A stretch of DNA of 61,567 nt, counting the filler, from Collodictyon triciliatum (Eukaryota): the NCBI GenBank assembly GCA_043381765.1. It is 4 parts of 4 records of this genome, joined end to end, with 100 filler letters (N's around TTAATTAATTAA, not from the genome) between each part and the next. Parts side by side here need not be neighbours in the genome. Positions count along the whole stretch, not along the records: positions 1 to 15,329 come from JBHJMP010001686.1; positions 15,430 to 30,755 come from JBHJMP010001687.1; 2 more parts are not named here. One strand, written 5' to 3'. Made by a program: the position numbers and the translations under genes. Below the pieces are notes generated by a model, which had not been told where the DNA came from, ran no database searches, and was given only the letters and a program-made list of their open reading frames with translations. Below, in pieces: positions 1 to 15,599 of this stretch (the first letter of the stretch is position 1; every line of letters starts with the position of its first letter).

Positions 1-424
1 GTTTACTTGTTTACTTGTTTACTTGTTTACTTGTTTACTTGTTTACTTGTTTACTTGTTTACTTGTTTACTTGTTTACTTGTTTACTTGTTTACTTGTTA
101 CTTGTTACTTGTTAATTGTTACTTGTTAATTGTTTTGATTTTTTCCTTTCTTTTTTTCTTTTTCTTTCTCTTTTTCTTTTTCTTTTTCTTTTTCTTTTTT
201 TCCTTTTTTTCCTTTTTTTTCCTTTTTTTTCCTTTTTTTTCTTTTTTCCTTTTTTTTCTTTTTTCCTTTTTCTTTTTTTTTCCTTTTTCTTTTTTTTTAC
301 TTTTTTTCTTTCTTTCTTTCTTTTTTTCTTTCTTTCTTTTTTTCTTTCTTTTTTTCCATTTTTTTTCCTTTTTTTTCTTTTTTCTTTTTTCTTTTTTCTT
401 TTTTCTTTTTTCTTTTTTCTTTTT
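1..424. repeat. (GTTTACTT)n tandem array followed by a T/C-rich low-complexity tract
   Basis: The 8-bp unit repeats from 1 to about 128, followed by (TTTTTC)-like runs to about 424. This explains the F/L- and K/E/R-rich ORFs in the track. Confidence 0.95.
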
Positions 425-591
425 TGGAATGACAATGTAGATATCGATGGCAGAATGGAAGTCTCGGGTGGAGATTTAATCGCGCAGCTTGTCTCCTTGG
501 TTCGCTTTGATTGGGCTTTTGCGAGAGGACGCACAAAAGGTCTCCTGATGCCTGAAGCGTGGAATGGCAAACCCATCCGAAAGACAAAGTC

Positions 592-3317
592 CTAGAGCTT
601 CGGCTTTGGTTCCACGGGTGACGGAGCTTTCCTGCCATCATCTTTGTTCTTTGGACTGTTCGCTGGATCCAGTTGTTGTGGTGGTGTATTTGGGTGGAAC
701 ATCTCGTAATTGAATCCGCCCGATTGGCGAGGGCTCATGTAAATCCGATGCTTGCCTCGCGACCCAGCAGAATCTTGTTATGTGTGTGAATTTATTCGGT
801 GGTTTTTTGTTTTGTTTTGTTTTGTTCTTTTTTGTGTAATATATCCTGTCGTGTTTAAAGACATGAAAGGATTTGGGGATGCTGTCTGGACTCCTTTACT
901 ATGTGTGGATTGTGTGTGTTGCTTACCAGGATGAAACTCGTCTCCCGGCATCGAAATCATGAACTTGCCTTCATCTTTTGTGTTTTGTTTGGCGTTAGTA
1001 AAATAATAATAATAATAATAATTCATAGAGCATCGAAGATTATCTATGAAAAGATGCAAAGAGTGCACAAATCATTCGTTTTAAGACTAGATTTGTTTAT
1101 CATTTGGCACAGTTTAAGGCAGTTTTCAAAAGAAGAGGGGGGAAAGTAAAATTCTATTTATCGTTGAGTCGTTTATCATTATGTACTCACTGTCATTTGT
1201 GAACAAAGGGAGAATGGGTTGCATGTCACGATGGACGGATTCACGTGTCAAATCGACTATGCTCTGAGACTTGTTCAATTCATTCATTGTATACCTATTC
1301 ATATTCGTTTATGCACATCAACTCACGTCACAACTAGCTACTAATAAAAGAAGGAATTCCACGAGAGATTTTCATTTGCTTGCATAGAGCTGCAACTTTA
1401 GCAAAATTGCGTTTTTTTTTTTCCCTTGTTTGTTTTGCTGTTTCTATATATTTCATATGGCTATTTGGTTATTACCATGTGGGAGGCATGAGCATAATTT
1501 CTTCTGTATCGTGGGCTGAAACGGCAGCAGACGGGCTCAGCCACCTTTTTTATGCAACAAAGTTGGGATTTTTAGTGCATTTTTTTTCAACTGCGGATCG
1601 AAAACTATGAATAAATGTGCATTTGTTAAAAAAAAAATGCATCATAACATTCTGCAAATATCTATTTCAAATTATTTCTAGTAATTATTTATTTATAAAA
1701 TATGTAGGCAATCGAGGTATATATTCTACTTGCTGTTAGTTGCTTCCACATTATCGTGGGATGCTTTTGAGAGCGATTGAGAATCCAAGACTGCCAGGAA
1801 AAAGAACGTATCAAATCTAGCATTATTCCATAAGTTGATGCTTTCATGTTTCTATCCTCGGATATGAGCATTTTGCAATTGAAGCAGGTAGGATGTAATC
1901 AATATAATTAGGCATCTATTTAGTTAAATGAAAAAGAAAATGAAATATAAGTAGCAAACCTTTTCTTTTCAGCCAAGGGTGTAATCCAATTGGACCAGAA
2001 CATCAGCCGTGCAATATCAGGGATTACATTAAAAGACTAAACCGCATAAAAGAGAAAAGAACGAAGAGAAAAACAAGAAGTGAAACGAAATTTCTATTAT
2101 ACCAGACTTTTCCAACGTTTGATGTAAATATTTCTATTCACCCTGTACAGTTACTGTGTTTATAGAAAAGATCGAGAGAAAAGTCATATGTATAAATATA
2201 AACTGTGGTGTATGTACTTAAAATATTATCTTAATATATACATGTATACATTGCAAAAGTTTAGGAAAGTTGAGCTATTATCATGGATTTGTTTTTGCCA
2301 GTGACGTAACGTATCTTCTTCGATGCGAGGGATTTGCCCATTCTCTAATTGAGTTTGATAACAAAAATTAATATCCTTTTCAATGAAAATAAAAAAATAA
2401 TAAAAGGGAAAAAAGTCACCCGTGTTTTTTTTTACTTGGGATTGCATGAGAAATACTGTTTCCAAATATCCACAAATCAAAATACTGACCTTTTTGTTTT
2501 GCAATCAGTACCCCTGTTTCTTCGAATACCTCACGAATCGCTGCGATGCGCAAGGAAAGGCTTTGCGATAACTTTCCTTCAACATGTGCAATCTGGGATG
2601 ACCTTATTTGTTTCATCGAACCCAGCCTTTTTTTTTTTTTTTGAAATATTACAATATATATATATATATGTGTGTAAAAAAAAAAAATCATTTTGGTGAG
2701 CTATTTTCATAGAAGTCATTGTGGAAAAGTGATGACACGTAATTGACGAGGAGAGAAAAGGGCAGTCTGTTCAGAAACTCCAATTACTTCGACTCATTTC
2801 TCAGTAGAGACAACCATTCAGGCGCTTCGTCAGACTCGTCAAGCGCACCACCAGGGAAAACATAGGCATTTGGCATGAAACTCATCGTCCCTGCCCTGAC
2901 ACCGCAGAAGAAGAATCTCGTGTGCGTGATAGAAGTCGCAAAGTGGGCCGGGTTTTGGGAGAAGAGCGGGGAAGAGAAGGACTAAAGAAGGGAATAGAAA
3001 AAGGAGCAAGGAGGAAATGATTGTCGGAAAGAACGTACCTTTTCACCAAGAAGGCCTCATAGTTAGCAGAAGTGGCCGCAGCGATCGGTTTGTTCTGTCT
3101 CAGAAGCACCACCTGCATCAAACAGAACACCCAGCTGAACACAGAGTCTGGCGGGCCCTTCTATTCGGCGCGTATCTTTGCCATCGCTTTTGCTTGTGCA
3201 AAATGAGACGGAATAACAACGAAGCACTCACGCATATATATACGCAGGGACTATAATTTGAAAACTGCTTCACTCTCATCGACTCACGGTGGAGGCCAAA
3301 CGAAGAGGCCGGCTCAT
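592..3317 (-). CDS. NUDT19: Nudix hydrolase, NUDT19-like (acyl-CoA diphosphatase), about 11 exons
   Basis: Spliced exons read MSRPLRLAST / VVLLRQ..FLVKR / RTMSFMPNAYVFPGG / Nudix box RIAAIREVFEETGV / WSNWITP / RFDTFFFLA / WLSPSAAV..LMPPTW / SMPGDEFHP / HRIYM..EPKPKL-TAG (592-594). The motif order matches the NUDT19 family, and GT-AG junctions were seen. Confidence 0.88.
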
Positions 3318-4022
3318 CTCTCTGCTGCCTTTCTTGTCCGAAGGGTATATCCTTCTTCTGTATTTCTTCTGGTGGAAACGGACACATGAACCCGTATACA
3401 TAACGCGCTTGTGTGTGTTGCGAGCCTCGTTCCTTAGCGAACTCGTATGACTCTCCGTACGGTGTTCTCGTATGCCTTTTTGTATAAACCCACGCTGAAG
3501 GCCGGAATAAAAAGAAAAGAAAAGAATGGGAAAGAAAGAAAGAAAAGTCTCCTGCACTCTTCGTCATAATCCAACCGCGTCGTTTCGGTGCGTCACACAG
3601 CAGCGCAACCCGGCCGATAGCCAAAGGGTCGACCGAAATGACGCAATGGACATACCAAACGACACGAACCCACCGCCCACCTCACAAGCACACAAGTGAG
3701 CGATAAAGCTAGCGCCTTTTCTTCATGGGCAGCCCTTACAAAGGCACGTTATGGTTGCAATACTTTATTATGACCAGACTGATTTAGTGGAGAGAGCAAG
3801 GGTGCAGGAAGACTACAGGTAGGTAGATGGAGAGAGAGAAAGAGAAAGAGAGTACCTTTAGACATAAGCTAGAAAGCCATGCGGGGTGAGTGCGGAGGCG
3901 TTGTCTAACAGAGTGGGAGGAAGCAGCAGCCCGAGAGCAGCAGATATGATACAGTGATTGGAACGGCACATCCGAGCCACGGCTGCGGACAGGCATGTGC
4001 GTCTGCTTCAGGAGGCAACGTC

Positions 4023-4649
4023 TCATATGTTGAGGTAATGCTGGGGCTCCTGGGCGACTGGCGCTGCCTGGGCCGGATGGGGAGCACATGCCGGGCTGGG
4101 AAAGGACACGCGCCTGGCCCATTCCTCGTAGGCTGCAGAGACGGCCCGGCCCATGGCGTCGCACTGGGCGGCCGAGACGTGGGCGGAGAAGCGCAGGTGG
4201 CGAAGGAGATGGGCCTCGATGGCGTTGACCTCGGCGACGGGTCTGTTGAGCAGCTGTGCGAAGGATCCGTTGTTGTAGGGCTGGTCCTGGTGCATCTTGC
4301 AGGCCAGCATGACGAGGCCCATGAAGGCGGTTGGTGCGCAGCGGGGCGAAAGCTTGGAGCCCCACGGCAGGCGCGTCATCAGCACGCAGGCCTGTAGAAG
4401 CTCCTCCTCATCTCCCACGTTGTATTGCTGATACTGCTGCACGAAGGTGCTCACAGAGTGTTGGTCCGGTGCCGGGAGCAGTGCGTAGTTTGCCTTCAGG
4501 GCGGCTGCAGAGTCCAGCTGGAAGGCTCCCTGGTGGTCGGTCGTGGCCTCAGACTCGGCTGCGTGCTCCTCCTCTGCGGAGCTGTTCTTTGTGATGACCA
4601 GGCGCTTGAGAAGCTCGGGCATGAAGTAGGCAAAGTTGGTGTCGCTCAT
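4023..4649 (-). CDS. Cyclin of the Pho80/P-type (cyclin Y-related) group, intronless, 208 aa
   Basis: LACKMHQDQPYNNGSFAQLL..EVNAIEAHLLRHLRF matches the Pho80-like cyclin-box pattern (LAxK..DD..YxN..FA....E+N.LE..FL..L.F). The ORF has strong GC3 bias. Confidence 0.85.
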   Translation of the reverse strand: MSDTNFAYFMPELLKRLVITKNSSAEEEHAAESEATTDHQGAFQLDSAAALKANYALLPAPDQHSVSTFVQQYQQYNVGDEEELLQACVLMTRLPWGSKLSPRCAPTAFMGLVMLACKMHQDQPYNNGSFAQLLNRPVAEVNAIEAHLLRHLRFSAHVSAAQCDAMGRAVSAAYEEWARRVSFPSPACAPHPAQAAPVAQEPQHYLNI

Positions 4650-4823
4650 TCGGTCGGCTTCTGTTGTTCTTTGGTCGGTCGGTTTGTTTCCTTGGTCGGT
4701 TGGTTTGTTTCCTTGGTCGGTTCTTCAGCGGGTATTGTTTTCTGATGCACGATAACTGGAGACGAGAGCAAACGCGGGCTAATGCAAATCCAATGGGGCT
4801 ATGCGGCGATTGAGGCCTGGCCC

Positions 4824-4832
4824 CTTTTTATA
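4824..4832 (-). promoter_or_regulatory. Candidate TATA box (TATAAAAAG) of the cyclin gene
   Basis: A consensus TATA box on the minus strand within GC-rich sequence, about 175 bp upstream of the ATG. The transcription start is unknown. Confidence 0.3.
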
Positions 4833-5349
4833 CCCCCATGCGTTCTTTCTCGTGGGAATGCGTGCGGGAAAAGGAAGCTTCGTTTGCAAGTTTGCCACGC
4901 GAACTTTTCCACGAACCAATGCGTCAGAGAATTTTCCGCGTGACGCGTGGATGATTCTCGATGTGTCGGATATTCCGAAAAAAGAAATGGTCGGCTAATT
5001 ATGTGTCATATCCGTCGTCACTCGCTGATAGTTGGTTTGCTCTTTGGTTGCATAGGCCGTGGCGTCACGAAGCTGCGAGAGAGTTCCACAGAGTTCGAGG
5101 GGGTTATCTCTATGCTAGCTGAATCAATAGAAATACCATATATGTTGATATTTGTAAAGTATCTGTATTTTAAATCCCAAAAGGTTGTGCATATGATAAT
5201 ATTTAGTATTGTCTCCATTTTTGTATAATTTTTATGGTATGAATGAACTATCCTTTCTTTGGAAAAAGAGAAGAAGAGGGACGACAATCCACCCAAAAAC
5301 TGCTAAGGCGAGAGGGTGTCGAAGAGATGCGAGGCTAAAATATTTGCGT

Positions 5350-5678
5350 TTATGTCGCTTCATCATGGTCACTTTCAACATCTTCAAAATAAGATGGATA
5401 ACCCTCACATTGTTGGTATTCGGATATGAGGTCGCTTATATTGGATTCGGACCATAAAAGGTCGGTCTCGTGCATGCCCTCTTGAGTATAATAATCCATA
5501 TATGCCTTTTTTGAATGAATCCTATGATATTGTGTCATATTTTCTTGAAAAAAATCACAAATACTCGAGCTATTTGCCAAAAGGGTGGATGAAACTTTGT
5601 AATAAAGTAGAGGATTATCGGATGAATAGACACTTATATTATTTGGAATCCAGTATCCATATAAGTTCGATTCGTAGG
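5350..5678 (-). CDS. Divergent beta-tubulin-like C-terminal fragment (short gene or pseudogene)
   Basis: After a ttttag acceptor the exon reads YGYWIPNNISVYSSDNPLLYYKVSSTLLANSSSICDFFQENMTQYHRIHSKKAYMDYYTQEGMHETDLLWSESNISDLISEYQQC. This is colinear with beta-tubulin FVEWIPNNVK..FIGNSTAI..RRKAFLHWYTGEGMDE..AESNMNDLVSEYQQY. No GTPase-domain exons were found upstream. Confidence 0.75.
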
Positions 5679-5952
5679 CTAAAATAGTGGTTATTTATAT
5701 TTTCGATGTTTTCTTTCTCATATTTTCATTCAAATCTCCTAAGTATTCAGGCATCTAGGGGTAGGTGAGCGCTAGTTCTTTGCAAGGGCGTCGTGGTTTC
5801 TTCACGGGGTTCAATTAAATAAGCTGCAAATATCAAATCTGGATATTAAAGTTAAAATTATAATATATGGTCAATAATTCTGAGAAACTTTATATAATAT
5901 TATTAAATAAAATATCAATATATTATATAATAAATATACTAAATTGAAACAG

Positions 5953-10934
<4,982 letters not shown>

Positions 10935-11141
10935 AAAAGTAAATGAAAAAAACCTCTTTCATATTCAAAGAATCTCGTTTCTTCCTATGATTCAGGTGTT
11001 TCCCCCTTTTTTTTCAAGTTACATCGCTGCCTTTTTTTAAAAAAATATATGTATCAAAAAGCACAACTGATTCTTTGAGGAATCTGATGCTGTCAAAAAG
11101 ATGCCTTGAGGCGCTCAGCAGCTCTGATCCAGGTGCTTCCC

Positions 11142-12023
11142 TTAATCACGATTCCTGGTGTCATCGCCTATCCCAACCTCTCTCACCATCTCAGGCTCAA
11201 TCATTTGTATCAATGCAGACCCGCCATTCGCAGACCCCGAGGTAAACTCCATCGGACAAGAAGAGAGGCACCTAACCCTGTTTGAAGCATCCATCACACT
11301 ACAGTTCAACCTGGTTCTAACCTATGTAAGCACAAACCATCCCTACTCATCGAACGCCCATAGAAAACAAACACGAAAAGAAACCGATGATGGCAACCCC
11401 AGCAACTCCTGACCCAGTCCATGAAAAGCATTATTCCAGAGACCAGTCAAGCCACACCCGCCTAGCCGAAAGTGCCTATCGCGTATTGGTATGTGCGTCC
11501 AGCCTTGCGCGCAACCTTGTCCTGTCCATTCGCTTTCTTCACGGCTGCCATTTTTTGACCATAGACATTGACGAACAACCAAGAGAGAATAACAAAGAAT
11601 GAAAAGAAAAGATAAGAGAGAAATGTTTGTGTGACTAACTGCAGAGTCAGACGTTTACTTATTGAATCGCGTAACCCACAGCGAGAAGAGACGGAGAGGG
11701 TGGCGAGGCAAACCCCGTACCTGGAGACGCTCACACAGCAGATAGACGCGCTCGGCCTGTTGGTCAAGGTATGCCTTATCACATGCGCAGAGCAGAGATT
11801 GCAACAGGATACTCCAGTGAGCATGATGGAAGTTGGAGATGAAAGAAGAGAAGAAAGGAGAGAAGAAAAGATGCCCCCGGGAGGACTCCACAGCCACTAA
11901 CATAACAAACGCCCCCAACCGCGCCAAAGCAGGCGGCGGTGCAGGACGAGGAAGAGAGCCCGGTGGATGCCGACGACGCGACAAGCACGGCAGAGACAGA
12001 GAACGCCCCGCCGCACAGACCAT
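11142..12023 (-). CDS. Possible 3-exon hypothetical ORF downstream of the Rh gene
   Basis: Donors gtaaac and gtttct and acceptors ggcag and catag join three open segments in phase. The product resembles no family I recognise. Confidence 0.2.
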
Positions 12024-12221
12024 AAAACAGCGGCATCCTAGTTGAGCGCACGGCAGGCAAATAGGGCGGGGCGTTTAGAATGGACGTGTGTGTTGGTTTA
12101 TTGGGTGTGCCGTGATAGATATTCATAGTGCAGGAACCATGGGTCCGCTCGGTATTGGCAGGGAGAAGAGAGGGAAATGTGACAGTGAGGCACACACGCC
12201 GCAAAGGGCCGGAGGAGAGAC

Positions 12222-13625
12222 TTAGTAGTCAGCGCCGCCCGAGATCTGGGCAAAGAACTTGTTGCCAAAGAGGCCGCCGACAAAGATGCCCTGGAAGAGG
12301 CCCATGCCGACAGTGACGAAGTAGGCGGCAACGAGGTTTCCGGCGGCATTCTCGCCCGAGGGGTAGAAGGCGGTGGTGCGGTCGCCGTAGAAGGTGGCCT
12401 GGGAGTAGGCGTCGGCGATGGCGATCATGGATCCGACGGCGGCAACGAGGCCGGCAATGGCGTGGGTGGCGTGTGTGTAGTGGGCATCCTTGAGGGACGA
12501 GAAGACCTTGGGGTGGATGAACTTGATGAAGACCTGCACGGCAATGGCAGCAACGAGGCCGGTTCCGGCAGCCGCAGCAGGGCCGCACAGCACCGAGATG
12601 GACGAGGCCATGGCCACACCGCCGGCAATCGTGGCGTTGCGGATCTCGCTCATGCGCCACTTGCCGCCGTTGGTCAAGGCGGAGAAGGCAAAGGTCACCA
12701 GCGCAGACGAGGTCGTGGCCAGGAACGTGTTGACAATCACGCGCGAGCGGTGGCCCGCAGCAGCCACAAAGGCGTTGTACGAGGGGAAGAACACAAACAG
12801 GATCAGGGTGCCCAGCACAGAGACGATGTTCGAGTCCTGGGTGGAGCCATCATGTCCGGCAGCAGTCGCGGAGACAGTCTCGGGGCCCGACGAGGTGAAC
12901 AGCGACACGCCCAGTCCGAAGAAGGCGCCGAAGACGTGCACGAAGATGGCCAGTTCAATCTCGTTGGTGTTGAGCTGGTACTGGATGATGTAGCGGTTGA
13001 GCGCATAGGCAAGGGCCTCGAAGCCGGCAATGAAGACCAGCTGGACTATGTTGGCGCGGCCGTAGATGGTTCCAAAGGTGATCAGGACAGCGGTGGTGGT
13101 GTAGCAGGCCTTGATGAGGCTGGGGATGGTGATGAAGAACTCAGTCGACCACTCGCCCGAGTTGACGCGCTCCCAGAACTCGTTCATCAGCAGTGCCCAT
13201 TGGAAGGTCACGCCAGAGATCAGAAGGGTGTACAGGAAGGCAACAAAGCCGTGGGCGCGCTAGAAGTGGCAAGAGGGAACACGTGAGTGCAGAGTCCGTG
13301 GTTTGTGGTTCTGACGAATTCGACGGTGAAGGGGGTTTGGTTGGGCAAGGAAGCTGGGTGGTGGGCTTACGTTGTAAGAGTAGAGGAGACCGTAGCCGAT
13401 GAGGGTCATGGTGATGATGTTGACAAAGAAGATGTACTCGAGGCGGTCAGTCGGGTAGACGGTGCTGCCGGGGGTGTTGAAGTTCATGTTGTTGGGTGTG
13501 TCCGCGGTGTACTCGGCATAGTTGGAGACAGTGCGGAACAGGATGATGAAGGCGATCTCGAAGAGAACGAAGAGGAAGAAAAAGACCTTGCGGGTCTTGA
13601 CTTCGGCGTCGGTGGGCTTGGCCAT
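12222..13625 (-). CDS. Rhesus (Rh)-type ammonium transporter family protein, 2 exons (13625-13371, 13259-12222), about 430 aa
   Basis: Contains MTLIGYGLL, FQWALL, VHVFGAFFGLGVS, LGTLILFVFFPSYNA, IRNATIAGGVAM and THAIAGLV, plus about 12 hydrophobic segments. The intron is gtaagc..ctag, phase 0. Confidence 0.93.
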
Positions 13626-13783
13626 TGTGCTACAATGATCGGTATTGAATGTTGGTTTATGTTGTTTTGAACAGGGGGCATTTGTCACTGTGCGGGTGAT
13701 GTAGAATAGTATCGTCCTCTGCGGGTCTCTACATAGCACGACTTTCTACGGCATGGCGAGTGAAAATTGAGTGGACTACCTCA

Positions 13784-13792
13784 CTATTTATA
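13784..13792 (-). promoter_or_regulatory. Candidate TATA box (TATAAATAG) of the Rh gene
   Basis: A consensus TATA box about 160 bp upstream of the ATG on the coding strand. Confidence 0.35.
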
Positions 13793-14259
13793 AACTCACT
13801 GTGTGGTCTGGCCACACCAACAACAACCAAGGTGTTTGTTATATCCGTTGTTCTGTATCTGGACGATTTTTCCACCAATGCGGCGATTTTGCGTCACACC
13901 TTGCAGACATTTTCTGTATTTGGTGTTTTTCTTTGACGCGTTGGTGGGCAGGAGCTGGTACCGAAATTGAATTTTTCAAAATATTGAACATTTGAAATTG
14001 TGTATAATTATTACGTCCTGCACAAATACTATATTATACAAATTAGATATATTAATATATTATAATTTAAGAATGATATCAATTAATATAATATATATGA
14101 TACAATATCATAACTCCCACAAATAGTTAAAACTTACTGTCCTTGTTGAGGCGCCTTGAGCGGCCTTTTCATTTCCCAAGACGCAACCAACGAAAGGGTG
14201 TCTGCAATAAATACAGACAGCATAGTAATAGATAGTTACCATCTGATTCTGCGGTAACT

Positions 14260-15122
14260 TTATTGAGGAGGTTCAAACTCCCATATTATGAGTCGGTCGT
14301 CATTAGCGGATGATACAATTACGTTTCCAGATAATGATAAAGCAGTCACCGGGAATTGATGCTCTTCAATCTTGCGTATGCATTGCCCGGACAAGATGTC
14401 CCATATTCGAATAACCCTGGGTGAAATAAGTGGGTGAGTAAGAGCCTTGGTACGATGCAGGCAATCAAACAAGTAGCGCTGATTAAAATAAGAATAGAAT
14501 AAAGATTAGGATGTAATGAAGGCAGTCGCCAACTTATCATATCCACCCGACACAAGCGTAGGCCCGGATACCCTGAGGGAAACAACAGGGCCTTCATGAC
14601 CTTGAAGGGTCCGAACTAGTTCACCACTTGATGTATCCCATATCTTGAGCAGCCCATCATCACCTCCACTTACCACAGATGGGCCCTAATGCACCATGAT
14701 TGTTGATAAGCCACGATGATGACTTGGGGCGAGATTCTGCAGTATCGAGTAACCTGAAACTGAAGGCTTCGGACAGCACCCTCGTGTCCGATGAGAGTTT
14801 TCTGTTGATGAGGAGTCGAGGATTTGATGTTCCATAAATAAATCATCCCATTTTCTAATCCAGTGGCGCAGTATTCACCCTATGTGAGATTTTATCTGTC
14901 ATGAATTATGTTCCTCACATCTAGACGCTGTTTTTTTTTAAATGAAGAATAAAGGAGGTCTAAAAAATAAATATAATTTTTTAAACAAGTGGATACCTGG
15001 GAGTCAAGAGATAGTATTCTTGAATTGCAGGGGTCGGTTGTCTTAACAACTTTCCATCCATGGGTTGGCTCATACTTCCATACTTTAGTAGTTTGGTCCC
15101 ACGAACTTGATATTAAAATATC
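14260..15122 (-). CDS. WD40-repeat protein, 3' exons (FBXW7/beta-TrCP-like repeat style)
   Basis: Exons read ILISSSWDQTTKVWK / CATGLENGMIYLWN..LIGHEGAVRSLQF / VVSGGDDGLLKIWD..LQGHEGPVVSL..LVSGGYDK / IRIWD..IVSSANDDRLIIWEF, ending in TAA at 14260. Confidence 0.9.
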
Positions 15123-15218
15123 TGAAGTCTTATTTGTTTAAATTATTAAATTACAGACTTTTCACACAATCATAAAAATACAAAATGTCCACGTTCAAAT
15201 GTACTATAACATCCTGGA

Positions 15219-15329
15219 GACAGAAAGACAGAAAGACAGAAAGACAGAAAGACAGAAAGACAGAAAGACAGAAAGACAGAAAGACAGAAAGACAGAAAGA
15301 CAGAAAGACAGAAAGACAGAAAGACAGAA
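15219..15329. repeat. (GACAGAAA)n array abutting an assembly gap
   Basis: Perfect 8-bp unit. Confidence 0.96.
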
Positions 15330-15429
15330 NNNNNNNNNNNNNNNNNNNNNNNNNNNNNNNNNNNNNNNNNNNNTTAATTAATTAANNNNNNNNNNNNNNN
15401 NNNNNNNNNNNNNNNNNNNNNNNNNNNNN
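15330..15429. other. Artificial gap spacer N44-TTAATTAATTAA-N44
   Basis: The identical 100-bp spacer, with stops in all six frames, occurs three times in the window. Confidence 0.95.
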
Positions 15430-15599
15430 TTGTTTGTTTTTTTGTTTGTTTTTTTTTTTTTTTTTTTGTTTTTAAAATAAGGAAATGAAAGAAATTTGTA
15501 AATTAAACTTAGAGTTTTTGCTATAAAATCAAATGGCTAGATTAAATATTCATGGGCCAAGAAAGTCATTTTTTCTAGTTTTTTAGAACATCAAAATTT

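Noticed and set aside
425-705. In-frame TAG between two open minus-strand segments, suggesting stop-codon reassignment
   Set aside because: The TAG closes the NUDT19-like protein right after a PTS1-like PKL. TAA, TAG and TGA all terminate genes here, and the conserved exons I translated have no internal stops.
4671-4722. 21-bp direct repeat (about 2.5 copies) in the cyclin 5' leader
   Set aside because: Short and low in complexity, with no evidence of function.
12229-13286. Long overlapping and antisense ORFs over the Rh gene (likewise over the cyclin at 3784-4745)
   Set aside because: These are expected shadows of GC3-rich coding sequence and show no independent motifs.
15374-15385. Palindrome TTAATTAATTAA occurring three times
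   Set aside because: It is always centred in N44..N44, so it is an artificial six-frame-stop contig spacer rather than biology.
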